Shown: in pieces, positions 49,812-63,200 of the stretch
Position numbering within the stretch: the first letter of the stretch is position 1
Layout: each line of letters opens with the position of its first letter
Assembly (NCBI GenBank): GCA_973895155.1
Contig: OZ316891.1
Location: 6,937,808-7,001,807, forward strand
Reading direction: 5' to 3'
Origin: Marsupella aquatica
Lineage: Eukaryota; Plantae; Marchantiophyta
Length of the DNA: 64,000 nucleotides
Position numbers and translations under genes: made by a program
The notes under the pieces: generated by a model
What the model was told of the DNA's origin: nothing
What the model saw: only the letters and a program-made list of their open reading frames with translations
Database searches by the model: none

Positions 49812-50024
49812 TTTTAAGTATATTGTCACTAAAGATGTTTGAATTTATAATTTTGTCACTGTTTTTTTAGTATTTACAAAAATGCCACAGTTTCCGTATA
49901 TAGTACCGCTGGTTATCTTGATAAACTTATCATCCGTATGCAAAACTGTGACATTTTTGTAAATATGAAAAAAACAATAACAGTATTGTAAATTCAAATA
50001 TCTTTAGTGACAAAGTAATTAAAA
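49812..50024. mobile_element. AT-rich long inverted repeat, probable MITE/foldback element
   Basis: ~85-bp arms: ttgtcactaaagatgtttgaatttataa...tatttacaaaaatgccacagttt vs aaactgtgacatttttgtaaata...ttgtaaattcaaatatctttagtgacaa; TSD not resolved. Confidence 0.7.
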
Positions 50025-50251
50025 ATTGTAATATTTTTATCTCACCTCAACATCTTTTTTGCAACATGGGGACATTGGGCTCATCTTTTGTGCAACATGT
50101 GGACATTGGGCTATCTTTCCTATAAAACAAATCAGTAATAGAACTGGCCAGCTATGATCAGGCTGCCCTTTCTTGAGTGTACATTTACCACGACCATTGT
50201 TTCACTAGGAGGGTCATCAAGTTTGGTTGACATTCTCTTCAGTTGCTATTC

Positions 50252-50376
50252 TGCCCCTTTGTTAGAAGGTCGACCTTTCAGTAACCGCACAACACACGAG
50301 AGGAAACACAGTCGCCGCTTCACTGATGGAAGAAAACTGGCAGTGATGGTCCGCCTCTTAGAATCATGAGAAGCCA
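50252..50376. promoter_or_regulatory. Possible nitrate-responsive (NLP-binding) elements upstream of NIR
   Basis: TGCCCCTT-N6-AAGG at 50252, and on the minus strand TGGCTTCT-N9-AAGAG (50354-50376); imperfect matches to the NRE TGACCCTT-N10-AAGAG. Confidence 0.3.
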
Positions 50377-50851
50377 GGAAAACTACGAGTACAGTCATAC
50401 GAACAAGTGTCTCCGTTCAACGATTCTGAGATCGAATTTGCATGGAGAGATGGCTGCTGTCCCAGGTGCGAGGACGTAACATCCCGTTCAAACGATTTGG
50501 CCCAAATCAATCTCATGAGGGGGCACCTTTCCACCCCTTCCGCTTGGGAAGGTGGAGCTCTCTCTTCACCAAGCTTGAGAGGAAACTCTGTCGCCGCGTC
50601 ACTAGCTCTGAATCTCTGCAGGTTCTGCGTTTAAATGCCGTGCTTCAATTTGGAATTTGCAATTTAAGTGTGAGTCTTGCACAGGAAGTGCGGGGGATTT
50701 TCATTGGCATGTAATTGGTACGAATTGTCTTACGTAGAGGAGATTGGATCGATTGCTTTCAAATCGTGCTTTCAATAGTTTGCTTCCCAGTTCCAGTTTT
50801 CGATTGGAACCAAGAGATACCATCGAGGTGGAGAAAGGCGAGACGTGCACA

Positions 50852-52723
50852 ATGTTGGCTCCCGTTGCGTCGGTGTTCGGCAATTATTCCTCTGAAGCGA
50901 CCGGGGTCCTTGTTAGGACTCAGTTTCAGCAAAGTAATCGTCAACATGTGAGTGAAAATGAGCTTTTATCGAGCTTGAGAGGAGGGCCATTCCGTGGCTC
51001 AGCAAATCTAGCGTCAGCGCGGGCTGTAGCAAATAGTAGGTTGCAGAGCATCACAGTAATTTCGTCCCAGCTCACACCTGCAGCTGCGGAAACCGAAAGA
51101 CCAGCAGGAAATGCTGCTCGACTGCCCAAGGTGGCGGAGATCGATGGAAGGTACTGGGAGGTCAAGCCTGAGTTCCGAACTGGGCTGAATCAGTCGGAGA
51201 AGATGAAGTTAGAGAAGGAGCCGATGAAGCTCTGGACAGAAGCTGCCATCGAAGAGCTAGCACGCACGCCAATTGCAGAGGTGGACTCGACGAAACAAGG
51301 GAAGGATGACCTGGACCTGCGCATGAAGTGGCTGGGTCTCTTCCACAGGCGGAAGCAACAGTATGGGCGATTCATGATGAGATTGAAACTGCCCAACGGA
51401 GTGACAAACAGCGAACAAGTCCGCTTCCTGGCCAGCGTGATAGAGAAGTATGGCGTGGAGGGCTGTGCGGACATTACCACCCGGCAAAACTGGCAAATTC
51501 GAGGAGTTATCCTTGAGGACGTTCCTGAATTGTTGAAAGGGTTGGATCGAGTGGGACTTTGTTCTTTACAGAGCGGGATGGATAATGTGAGAAATGCTGT
51601 AGGGAATCCGTTGGCGGGAATCGATCCCCACGAATTGGTAGACACAATTCCTTACATAACAGCCCTCAACGACTACATCACCAACTCCAGGAAAGGAAAT
51701 CTGACCATCACCAATTTGCCGCGGAAGTGGAATGTGTGCGTTGTTGGAACCCATGATTTGTACGAGCATCCTCACATTAATGACTTAGCCTATATGCCCG
51801 CCTTGAAGGATGGCAAGTTTGGCTTCAATCTTCTGGTGGGTGGATTTTTTAGCTCTAAGCGTGACGCAGAGGCCATACCTCTCGATGCATGGGTGTCCGG
51901 GGAGGATGTTGTGCCACTTTGCAAGGCCGTCCTTGAGACATTCCGTGACCTTGGAAGCCGTGGGAATCGAAACAAAACGCGGATGATGTGGCTCATTGAC
52001 GAGCTTGGCATCGAGGAATTCAGGTCAGAGGTAGAGCAAAGATTGCCTTCCGGTAAGTTGGAGCGCGCAGGAAAGGATCTGGTGGATCCGACCTGGAAAC
52101 GGCGTGACTACTTCGGTGTTCACCCTCAGAAGCAACCCGGACTTTCCTTTGTTGGTATCCATGTTCCTGTCGGTAGGTTGCAAGCTGCTGATATGTACGA
52201 GTTGGCTCGTCTCGCTGATGTGTATGGAAGCGGAGAACTCAGGTTAACTGTTGAGCAGAATGTGATCTTGCCAAATGTGACAGCTGAGAGAGTTTCTGCA
52301 CTCCTGAAGGAACCGTTTCTCGATAGGTTTGTGGCCATAGCGACTCCACTTTTGACAAACCTCGTTTCATGCACCGGTAAGCAGTTCTGTGGCTTTGGAA
52401 TTATCGAGACTAAAAATCGAGCCCTGGATTTTACAAAGGAGCTCGAGGCTAGCATGACCTTCACGAGGCCAGTGAGGATGCACTGGACTGGGTGTCCCAA
52501 TTCATGTGCTCAGGTGCAGGTAGCTGACATCGGCTTCATGGGGACGATGGCCAGAGATGAGAACAATAAAATGTGCGATGGCGTGGATATATTTCTCGGT
52601 GGCAAGATTGGCTCTGATTCGCATTTGGGCGAGGTTTTCAAGTCTTCCGTTCCCATCAAATCTCTCCTTCCAGTTGTACAGGATCTACTAGTACAACAGT
52701 TTGGTGCTTCAAGGAAAGCATGA
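50852..52723 (+). CDS. NIR1: Ferredoxin-nitrite reductase, plastid-targeted; CDS without introns
   Basis: KWLGLFHRRK, FMMRLKLPNG, DITTRQNWQIR, SGMDNVRN, TNLPRKWN, siroheme/4Fe-4S cysteines CTGKQFC and TGCPNSC; first ATG at 50852 followed by a transit-peptide-like region. Confidence 0.98.
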   Translation: MLAPVASVFGNYSSEATGVLVRTQFQQSNRQHVSENELLSSLRGGPFRGSANLASARAVANSRLQSITVISSQLTPAAAETERPAGNAARLPKVAEIDGRYWEVKPEFRTGLNQSEKMKLEKEPMKLWTEAAIEELARTPIAEVDSTKQGKDDLDLRMKWLGLFHRRKQQYGRFMMRLKLPNGVTNSEQVRFLASVIEKYGVEGCADITTRQNWQIRGVILEDVPELLKGLDRVGLCSLQSGMDNVRNAVGNPLAGIDPHELVDTIPYITALNDYITNSRKGNLTITNLPRKWNVCVVGTHDLYEHPHINDLAYMPALKDGKFGFNLLVGGFFSSKRDAEAIPLDAWVSGEDVVPLCKAVLETFRDLGSRGNRNKTRMMWLIDELGIEEFRSEVEQRLPSGKLERAGKDLVDPTWKRRDYFGVHPQKQPGLSFVGIHVPVGRLQAADMYELARLADVYGSGELRLTVEQNVILPNVTAERVSALLKEPFLDRFVAIATPLLTNLVSCTGKQFCGFGIIETKNRALDFTKELEASMTFTRPVRMHWTGCPNSCAQVQVADIGFMGTMARDENNKMCDGVDIFLGGKIGSDSHLGEVFKSSVPIKSLLPVVQDLLVQQFGASRKA

Positions 52724-55439
52724 TTGACATGCGAGCATTGTCAGTCCGCATTGTCATCTTCCCTTCTTCTTGAGCAGTAGCGAAATTGTACAGTATTATG
52801 GGACACCCATGGTTAGAAATTGTTGTACTTCGTGTTAGCTCTTTAGATCGCTTGCCAACTCTTCATCGAGTTCATTGGGAGCTAAACGCCTGTCACATTG
52901 GCGTTCTGGACCGAGTCTCGTGCAATCTTGTGAGTCACCATCACACGAGAATTGCCTCACCATCCGCGCTCTCTCTCACTTCTGATGTTTTTCTCCTTTC
53001 TCTGGCGCTGCTTATCACGGTATGAGAAAGCGGTGTTGCATCAAAAATCGAGATCCTTACGATGAATCGCTCCTGGAAGTCGATCAGAGGTACTCATTAA
53101 CGAATCGTATGCATTTTGTTACAAGATGAAATTCGGCTGAAAATACGGGTGCTTGGATCTTATAGTTTTCGTGGAAGTACGTCCATTTGCAGCTAATTCG
53201 CAAAGACGATTGCAACCTGTTTCATTATTGCTGTGGAGCTGGACCAGACCTTTTCGTTCCAAATCCATCGTACCTACATAGAGGGAACACTCAAATTTCG
53301 GACGTACCACAATAATCAATTTTGAATGCGCACTTTAAATCATCAAGAACATTCTTTCGCTCTAGGCAGTGTGGTTCAAGAGGGGCCAAAGGGCTTCTCT
53401 TCCAGATATTAATTAGCTGAAGGACTTCGTACAGATAGACAACCTCGTGGACACGAAGAACCACACGAACATCACGGGAATTGAGGCAATCGTGATAGTT
53501 CAATCGGAAGGCTTTAGTTAGGACTTAAGGGGCGTCCTTGGCCCTCTTGTTTCGTCCCTTTATTGGGTCTTTCGCCTTTTGGGATCCTGTCTCCCGGTTT
53601 GGCGGTTTTGTTCTTTGGCAGTGTGTGATATACTTGTCCTCGACATGACATTGTGGAGGTTGAATTTGTGGGGTGTGTTGCTTCTGAACATATTTTCCAC
53701 GGAGGATGCATCTCTTGCCCAGTTTGATGTCAATGGAAAGACCTCAAACGGGTCTCACCTATAGGAGGTGCTTAATTTTAACTCGTGTCTACCCTTCATA
53801 CCAAAGAAATATCGGATCTAGCTGCTGCAGGACACTAATGCAATTCAAAATTCTAATTTCGCCTTACAATTTGTCGAGAGGGTGAATGGACAGTTCTCGT
53901 TTCTTTCTCTTGCCAGTAAAACCGTCTCAGAAATACAAATCCAGTGGTTTTCAAAATTATGAATTCAGCAAATGCCCAATGTACCAAAGAGCGAAAACTC
54001 TACAGTTCCGGTGTTCAGATGGCATACCATTCTTTCATGGCACGTCTCGCGAATCGAAGCATCGGGAGAAACATCTAAAAACAAAAACGTTGCCTGGGTG
54101 AGTCTTGATCCAAAGGATCAGCTCGAATCGTTGTCTCACCTCCAACACACGACTGCAGTTTTACGAGTGTTTGTACAAGACTTTGCTCAGTGCTCAACAG
54201 TGAATAGGATCGCTTGCTGAGTGATTTCCACATGCACATCACTTTCGAGGAAGTAAAACCACCAAATCAGGCAAAGAGATCATGGAGTTTACCATAGACA
54301 AGGGATTACGAGATCGGTTTCAAGAAGCAATACATTTTGTGGTCCGATTATTCGATTATTCTTCAAGTCGACTAGTGCTACTCGCTTGATACCAACGCTT
54401 TCAGTAGTCTGCTACGGTAGTGAACGAGTGACAGTCCTTCGACACTTTAATTAAAGTTCTTGATGCAGTAGTAGCTCGTGCATTCGCACCGGGGAAGTGA
54501 GCAAGCTTCGAAGTAACAACAGTTCAACCTCTAGGGGGACTTACTCACCTTCAAGGGCTCTGATGCTTAATACGCAGTGACACGGTGATGAGACATCGAT
54601 GAGTGAGCTTTCAGTTCCATGATGAGAAATATATCGCCGGGATTGCTAGTGAGATTACATTTGACCAAATAGGTTCAAAGATGCCGTTTCCTACTTTTAA
54701 CATCCTCTGGTCGTACGTGACTTTATGAACATTCAATCTCACAAGGTTTATAAAGCCAGTTTTAGATCAACTTCACGCAACAAAGTCATTTTGTTCTTAG
54801 TCATTCCTTGCTTTCCTGGGATATTTGCTCTCAAGTCCCACGAGTCAAAAAGTCATTGCTCTCAATTCGATTAATTACAGTAGACACAACTCATGATTTG
54901 AAATTGCTCTGTTCCCGAAATTTCGTAAAGGAATCCCACGATACTGCCAGTGCATATCATTGACAGAGATAAAGCGTATGTTGTCGATCGGGCCGAGTAA
55001 GAACAGTGAACAGAGTTCTCAAGAATGAAAGAGCCTAGAGAAGCTTTCGAATGTGGAGAAATAGATACAAACATGATTCGGGTATTCGAAGCACGCTGCT
55101 TTCGACCAGAGCCACTCTGCTTTTTCAGCCAATTGACTACAGATCTCCGTCTCCTTCCACTTCTTTCACTAGTTAGACTGAATTTCAACCTCGAGTGAAT
55201 TTAGGCTCGTTCCTCAGCAAGAGAACCTTAGATCCGAGCAGGACGACAGAGGTATGTGTCTGATAAAGTACTATCAAGTAAATTTACACTACTCTCTTCA
55301 CATTCATATCATGGACGAATGGTGAGCTTTGATTGAATGAGTCTAGAAACTAACTGCAAAAGAGGCTTGCAGACAACATAATCAAGGATGTCTATCCAGT
55401 CACGGTCATAGCGGTGTGAACTTGAGTACTTGATGATCA

Positions 55440-55682
55440 TAATCTGATTTATCAAGCTTTAAATTTCCACATGATATGGTCACGGAACATCACTATGCAA
55501 TTTTAATGGGCAGAAATAGATAGAATTTGAATGATTGTCTTTGGGAATCAGAAAGAATGGATAATCTGATTTGTCAAGCTTTAAATTTCCACAGGATGTG
55601 GTCACGGAACATCACTATGCAATTTTAATGGGCAGAAATAAATAGAATTGGAATCATTGTCTTTGGGGATCACAAAGAATGG
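55440..55682. repeat. Tandem duplication of ~122 bp
   Basis: taatctgatttRtcaagctttaaatttccaca...ggtcacggaacatcactatgcaattttaatgggcagaaata at 55440 and 55562. Confidence 0.85.
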
Positions 55683-58504
55683 AAATTCATTGTCATTTGT
55701 CATCAGTACGTCTATATTAATCTAGTTGCTGCACACTTGCATGGAACAAACTTACCATCTCTTCAGCTATTGCCAGTACTAGTAGACTTTCAAATTAGTG
55801 AAGACAGTCTGAACACATAACACATTTTCTTGTTGGATCCCCACACCAAAGTTTCTCCCCAACCCACTCCATGAGGTTTTGGGTAAGGTGATTTAAAGTG
55901 TATCAATGGTCTTGATCACTCATGGGTCGCAAGTAACGTTTTTCCATTTATTTTTAATTAGTTTGTTTTTTTAAGAGCAAGATGTACTTTATTCCAAGAG
56001 ACCAAAAACAATACCCCCTAGGAGAAGGAGGCGGAAAAAAGAACAATTAAGGGGGCTGAAAGCAGGAGCACACCCAGGGAAGAGAGAAATAGCCCCCCCC
56101 CCCCCCCCCCAACCCGTCCGCCAAGTAGGAAGGAGTGGAACAGAGAAGGAAGGAGGGACCAGGAAATGGCACACCAAGGACCTAAAAGCAAAAGAGCTAA
56201 TTTGCTTATGGATTTACTCATATGTGTTGTTAGGTCATGCACTTAGAACCAAACACTCATTCAACTAGATAAGTGCATGAAACTACTGTATGTAGTTGTC
56301 ATTGCACTCATCACTAAATGCTTCGAACGTATCCATTGCACTAACTGACAGATGCATATGCACTCTTATAAACTAAATTGCATTTATGTAAGTATTTATA
56401 TTTTACTGACTAGACCTGCACTCACAGACTGAGCATTTTTGGGGGGCATTTAGAAAAGAAAGCGTTGCAATATTAGGGGACTACACCACCAGCCTGCAGT
56501 TACCTATGGAATGCACTTATTGACAATGCACTTATGTACTGTAGACTGTAAAGGTTTGTAATCCATTGCCAGGAGACTTTGGACAAATCCTTGGAAACCT
56601 CAACGCTAGTGTGCTAGATTATTTGGAGTTAAGAGGCAATCCCAGAGAGGGGTTATATTTGGTGTAGATCCCTCCAAACCATCACCTGTCATAGGTCCAA
56701 CGTTTGGCTGCGGTTTGTGGCTTATATGGTGTAGGCTATTCTGTTTGTTTTTTTCGGGCTACATAAAGGTGGGTCTCCAGGAGCTCTGCAGCAATTCTTT
56801 TATATGTGAGATGAAATCCTAACCATTCAAATGTGAGAACAATGCACACTTGTCTTTACATGAACTTGGGGGCAGGCAAAACCATTGTTTTTTTTCTATG
56901 ATTGAGATGTAATCTTAGCCATTCAAATGTAGGAACAGGCCACTCTTCACTTTACTTCCTAGTCGTCTGCCAATTGGCCCCTTAATTTGCTGATGGGGTG
57001 CATGATTTTTTGTCACAAAGGTTAAAAGACAAACAACCTCCACTCCAGACTCCAGTTATTACCAGATTCAGCGGCTCTATGTTGTGTTTGAGGGGCAACC
57101 GACAAGCCTATGGCGTTGCTGCTAGAATTGTAGCCCAAATCACCAAATGCGCTCCAAGTACCATTATCGGCGCAAGGCACTTTGTCAGTGTTTGGCGTCA
57201 TCTGTATGGTGAGGATCTCAACAGTGAGTTATCTCAGAGGATGAAGAATTGCGGCGAGCCAATTTCTGCATGAATCCTAAAATTGTAACAGAAGCAAAAG
57301 CTCTAGAATAGCAACTGATTTTTTGTATTTAGTGGGGTCCCCACTTTGAGTTTGAGCGACAGGAACCCGCCACCACCAGTCGACCAAATCAGGCACCAAA
57401 TCAAAAGCATGATTTAGGTGCCAGTCTTGGACAGAAAGATGCCTTGGACGAATTTAGTTTGGGCAGAAATCACAATCCGACGGGAGAATTTAGCTGGGCA
57501 GGCAACCTACAGTCCAATGCGCCATTTGGCAAATAGCTCCTTGCTTAATCCCAGCCACTCTTTATCCCCTCACCCGGATAACAGCTCTTACACCCCGGGG
57601 ATTTACCAGCCATCTTTGGCAAAATTTAACGAGTGTTTTTCCCCTACTTTCTCACCTAGCCAGATACCCCATTTTGCCAAAATCTGACCGTTCTTCCTAA
57701 ATCACTCTAAGAAAATTATATAAGGAACCCTTTGGCACCAGGTGACATTAGCCATTCTGGGGGGGAGGGGCGCTAGAGGGGCTGGGTTCTAGGGAAGGTG
57801 CATGGGCTGCAGGGACTGGGGGCCAAAAGGTCCCTTTCAGGATTTTGTTTCCCTGGAGGGGTGTCCTCCGAGTATTTTCTTTTGAGGCATGGAATTCCTT
57901 CAAAATCTCAAGAGATTGTTTGATATCATTCACAGGAGAAGTTGTCATTATAAGCTGGTGTTCACCCCTGGATACACACCCGTGGAATGAGGGGTAAAGG
58001 TTAATTTACCAGTTTGGCACCCATTCCCAAAAAATTTCTAGCAACATGCAGTTGTGCATTGTGTTTGGAAAGAAATAGAAAAGTTTCACTCTATAAGGTG
58101 AGAGTAAAATGATTTTATGGTTGTCAATTAGAAAGACTGGAACTTAGGGTGGCTTTACAAAGAGGTTGTGGGCACATTAAACCCACCAATGTAGGCTTAG
58201 ACAAACCATAATTGAAACAGCCACCAGAAGTCTCCTAGAGTCAAGAACTATCTTTGGGATGATTTGAGTCTAGCAAAATAACAAGTGTCCGGCCAGTCAT
58301 GCCTGAGTGTAAAGTCTACATTAAAACTAGTAAGTGTTTCATATTAAGGCACCATCCGACATTTTTAGTGAAATCAACTTGTCTGGAACTACAGTCCAAA
58401 GGAGTATCAACTTGAATAATAGCAAGTTTGGTTGAAGTTTTTGTTGCAAAGGTGAGGTCCAAACCTCCAAATTGAACCTGCAGTTGCATAGCTGCATGGC
58501 ACGG

Positions 58505-58840
58505 TGTCAAAATAATCCCCAATCCTCCACAGTATCCCCCAGAAATTAGGGAGCCTATGGAGGGACGGTAATATCCAGTCCTCCACAAAATACTCCCGAG
58601 AAAGGGGAGACAATGAAGGGGCTAATACTGTCAAAACAATCTCCAGCCCTCCACAAAATGCCCCCAGAAAAGGGAGCCAATGGAAGGACGGTAATCTCCA
58701 GTACTCCCAAAAATCTGCCGACAAAGGGGATCTGCGGACAAATAATTCCCAGTCCTCCACAAAATCCCCCATGGAGGGACGGTAATCTCCAGTCCTCCCA
58801 AAAGTCCCCTGAGAAAGGAGAGACAATGGAGGGGCTGATC
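58505..58840. repeat. Degenerate minisatellite-like repeats
   Basis: Recurrent ggaRggacggtaat(a/c)tccagt, cctccacaaaat and ggagacaatg units. Confidence 0.7.
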
Positions 58841-60287
58841 ATATTGATACATTCCAAAGCTGAGCTGAATCAATAGGGTGTCTCAAATTTATGAGTTATT
58901 TTCACCTCACAGGGGACCCGTGATGGACTCGGGCACACCGAAGCAGGGTACAACTGGGCAGTGATCTTCTCGGATAATCAAATATGAATGGAGCCATGGC
59001 ACTATCTGCAAATGGCTCGGCAAATGGGTCCTCAACACTATGTTGTTACAAGCAGTTAGGCCTCCGTAACTGTTGCAATTCTCGTCATGATTGGTCGGGT
59101 GTCACATTGGGTGCCCGACCAGTCCTTACCATTGCCCAGGCCCGCAACAGTCCCAAGGCACACCCAAGCAATAAAATTCTGTGTATTTGATATGCCCTAG
59201 TGCAATGGTCAAGAAGATCCAAGACTACTGATACTAGGAGCCCATGGATGAGAATGTTTTGATTTGCAGAATACCTCTGTCACTTGGAATGTGTGAAATG
59301 CCAAGTAACCTCATCTAACAATAATCATTTGCTCAATGAAGATTTGATGCTATTATATGGTGAATCCACCTTTTGGACTTTGTCTTATTTGTCAGGTATT
59401 TCTATTTTGATGTGCCTTAACAAGGTGTATCATTTGTATTATTTAGATTTGGAATAAATTTTGAGATCTCTTTTTATTTTTTAATTATTTTTATCCTAGA
59501 GGATTTTGAATTATTTTGGTACCTCTCTTACTTATTTTAATCTTTGCCATCTGAAAAATATACTTTCCCACTAATTTTAGATATCAACAGTGTGATCCAA
59601 CCCCAGGATCCAACCCCTTTCAATGAATTTCTACCACTTGAAAGAGGTTCTACCTTTTCTCATGAGTGAGAGAAATGACTGTGAACAATGTGAACACCTT
59701 GTGTCTTAAGTTCCCCTCATTTGCTTTCCTAAGGTTATGGTTTTCATTGAGTTTCATATTTCTACAAGAAATATTGAACTGAAAGCCCCTATAGACTGAT
59801 ACGTTGTCCAGCTCCCATGGACAAGCCAAACTTGGACTGACTGCACTAGAACATAGAAATATGCTATTTTTTACAATTCAGTGTGGGTTGGAGTGGGGGT
59901 TGGAACTGGTGAGCTTCACTCCATAAAATGCGTCCTTCTCTTCTTCCAGATGTACTACCGTACTCAAAGTGTGTCACAATTTCACAGGAATGTCCCATGC
60001 TTTGGGTAAAAGGCCCAACAAAAATGTAACCATGCTTCGGGTAAGGGGCTCAACAAAAATGTACCATGTTTCGGGTAAGGGGCCCCACAAAAATATGAGC
60101 CGGTTGCAGCTGGATCAAGGTATTCGAGCTAAGGTGACAGAGCCAAAACGTGGGGAAATTAAAAATAAAGAAAAACCGGCAACGTTTTGTATGCCTTAAG
60201 TTTCGAGGTTGCAATTCGTTCGCTTTGCTGAGAGGTGAACAAGTTCGGCAACCAGCTGAGCGGAGCAGAAACCCATTTACGTGAACC

Positions 60288-63200
60288 ATGAAAGTCGTAG
60301 CATTGGTCAGCGGTGGCAAGGATAGCTGCTACAACATGCAGCTTTGCGAATCATATGGGCACGAGGTAAGGAATTGATTCATCTTCCCATTTGTCAATCA
60401 GAATGGATTTTCACCAATCCTACGAGCTTTCTGAAGTCCCGAATGTCTATTGATTTACTCTGGGCCGTCTGTATACTCAAGCTTAGATTTTGGAACGCCA
60501 GGGCCTCACTTGTTGCTTGATATCCACGTGCTTGTGAATTCTTTTCAGCCTGACACCTTTTTGAAATCGATTTATCTGCCATTCTTGATCCTGGGAAATG
60601 AAATTTAGCATTTCACATCTGCAGATTGTTGCGCTTGCCAATCTTCTACCTCTTGATGACGCCGTCGATGAGTTGGATAGCTTCATGTACCAAACTGTAA
60701 GACAAAGTTGACCTCATGACTTCGGAACCTTCATGAAGTAGAACTGCTTTGAATGGTCAAGTGGATGACTGCTAGGATAAGTGCTACCTTTTAGAATCAG
60801 TAGGTTGTCCCGACATTTATGGTCTGGATTGATGTCGATTCGTGTCCAAAAATATGCTTTTGTAGCATTAGTCCCATTAGAAAGACCCCATCAAAACTCA
60901 GTCTTAATACCAAGTCTGCATAGTTTGTCCTAGTTAGTCTTTCGAAGTGATCAATTTAGACCAGAACCCGTGAGTCTTGGCATATTTAACTCATTGTTTG
61001 TTTGCAACACATTTCCCAAAAAAGATTTCTTCATTGACATTTTAAAACATTCCTGAGAATTCCTTATACAAACTATGAAGAACTCGACGGTAAGTTCATG
61101 TAACAGTTTGCTTAGGACACATTAGAAGTGTGTGCTAGATATTGAGAAATGCAATACAAGTGTTTGGATGTGAATGTGTCAACTGGGACTTGACCTCTAT
61201 AGGCTGGACATCAAGCCATTGCTGCATTTGCTCAGTGCATGGGTCTGCCCTTATTTCGGAGGAGAATACAGGGATCGCCCAGGTATGCTGCTGTGAGCAT
61301 TTTTGGGAAAACTATTTCATTTCGTCATGTCTTTCCGTTTGGTTTTACTTTGGTGAACATTCATTCAGAAGTTTTTTGGAGATACGCCACAATTGTGTGA
61401 GACGCTGAATGAACGAATTCACTCCAATTTTGAATTGAGTGTCGGACAAATAGCCTCCTCTCCTGTTTCTGTGAGGGACGCCTTCTAAATTACCTGTCTG
61501 GATGATTTTGTGATTCTTATTGTAAGTAAATATTTTGTCCCCAGAGCTAAGGATCTGAGATATAGTGCAACTGAAGGCGATGAAGTTGAAGATTTGGGAA
61601 TCCTGTTGAGGGCAGTAAAGAGTCGAGTTCCTGGTCTAGGTGGAGTGTCGACGGGGGCAATTGCCTCAGACTATCAAAGGCTAAGGGTGGAAAACGTGTG
61701 TTCAAGGTTGGGCCTTGTTTCACTGGCATATATGTGGAAACAAGATCAGGCTCACCTGCTTCAAAATATGGTGACTATGCAACTTTTTTAAGTTCCTTGG
61801 AATGCATTCTCTTCTTCCTATTCTTGATCGGAGCCTGATGGTTGCATCGGGTTGACCGGCATCGACAACACGTTTCACTCTCGTTGATGCTACTACTGTT
61901 CTCAACTCTAGGTGTTGAATACAAACTTACAAAGAAATCCAAAGCGCAGTAGTTTATCTTGATCAACTGATACTTCAAATGCGAGCTCGTGCATGTTTGG
62001 TTTTATTGTTATTGAAGATCGACAGTGGATTGCAAGCAGTTCTAGTCAAGGTGAGTCCATGCAAAACTTTTATATCTGGATGAATATGTTTGAAGAAATT
62101 CAAGAAACGCTCTACTTACATTTGGTTTTCATGATTGGAGCTGTCAATCATATCAGGGCATCATGCTTTTGAGACCGACTTCACTGAACCTGTCCTTGTC
62201 ATTGGTTCGAGAAGGTTGCAGCGATGGGCTTGGACCCTCACAAGCATCTCGGGAAGGACCTTGCTGCTCTTCAGCCTTTATTTTTGAAGCTTAAAGAGTA
62301 TGTCTATTTCCTTACCAGAAGATCCATCATCGTCTTCGCAATTGGGATTTCTTCTGTTCATGATTTGTCTAAAAACTTCTCAATCTGGGCGATCTTGTGC
62401 GCGTGCATGCTCATTCTTAGGAAAGAGTTTCCAGATTCAACTCTCATAGAATTGATGCGGTCAATATTGATTACCTAGAGAAAGGTCTGTAGTCTTGATG
62501 TAAAACATGATATTGATATTATTACATGTTAACCTTTTGCTTAGATTGCATTGTAGGACATAATATCAGAGCTGACTTGTTTGTGTGTGCAGCCTCTATG
62601 GCTGCAATGTCTGTGGGGAGGGTGGAGAATATGAGAGTCTCACTTTGGACTGCCCTCTATTTAAGGTAATTGATATTAGGTTAAGAAGGGCTTCTTTCGA
62701 GAGCATTTTTTGTTCTAAGGACTGTTAGTACTGCCTCATTTTTATAGACATGAAGTGGAAGCAGCCCATCGCATTAAGTTTGAACAAGCTAACTTGAACC
62801 GACATTCGGTAGTTATGTTGGTTGCTTTATCACGCACATATCCAGGAGTTTCAAAGCGTACCAGATATGTGAAAACTTCGGAAACGGGTGGTCAGTGATG
62901 TTGTTGCTAATGACTGCGGTTGGATGTTTACAGAACGCCAAAATCGTTCTGGATGAGTTTACTGTTCGACTGCACTCACCAGACACCATTGCTCCTGTCG
63001 GTGTTCTCCATCCAACAAAGTTTCATCTGGAGTACAAGTCACAGGAACCTGATCCTGGCTTGACACAAATGCCCTTCGAAGTAACAAATGACTTTTTAGC
63101 AAAGAATCATATACTTGAAACCCATGCAGCTGTATCACGAACAATGCCTTGTCAAGAGGCCTCTATGAAGTCTGAGCTTCTTACCAGCGTAAATAAGCAG

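Noticed and set aside
50759-52500. Antisense ORFs over NIR (likewise over Lhcb and the transposase)
   Set aside because: Shadows of real coding sequence on the opposite strand
35437-52723. Lhcb plus NIR as a nutrient-response gene cluster
   Set aside because: 14 kb apart, separated by an unrelated gene, with no shared element seen
56300-59600. Possible degenerate TE remnants (also 38440-38720 and 48200-49500)
   Set aside because: No transposase or RT motifs and no paired termini or TSD could be established by eye
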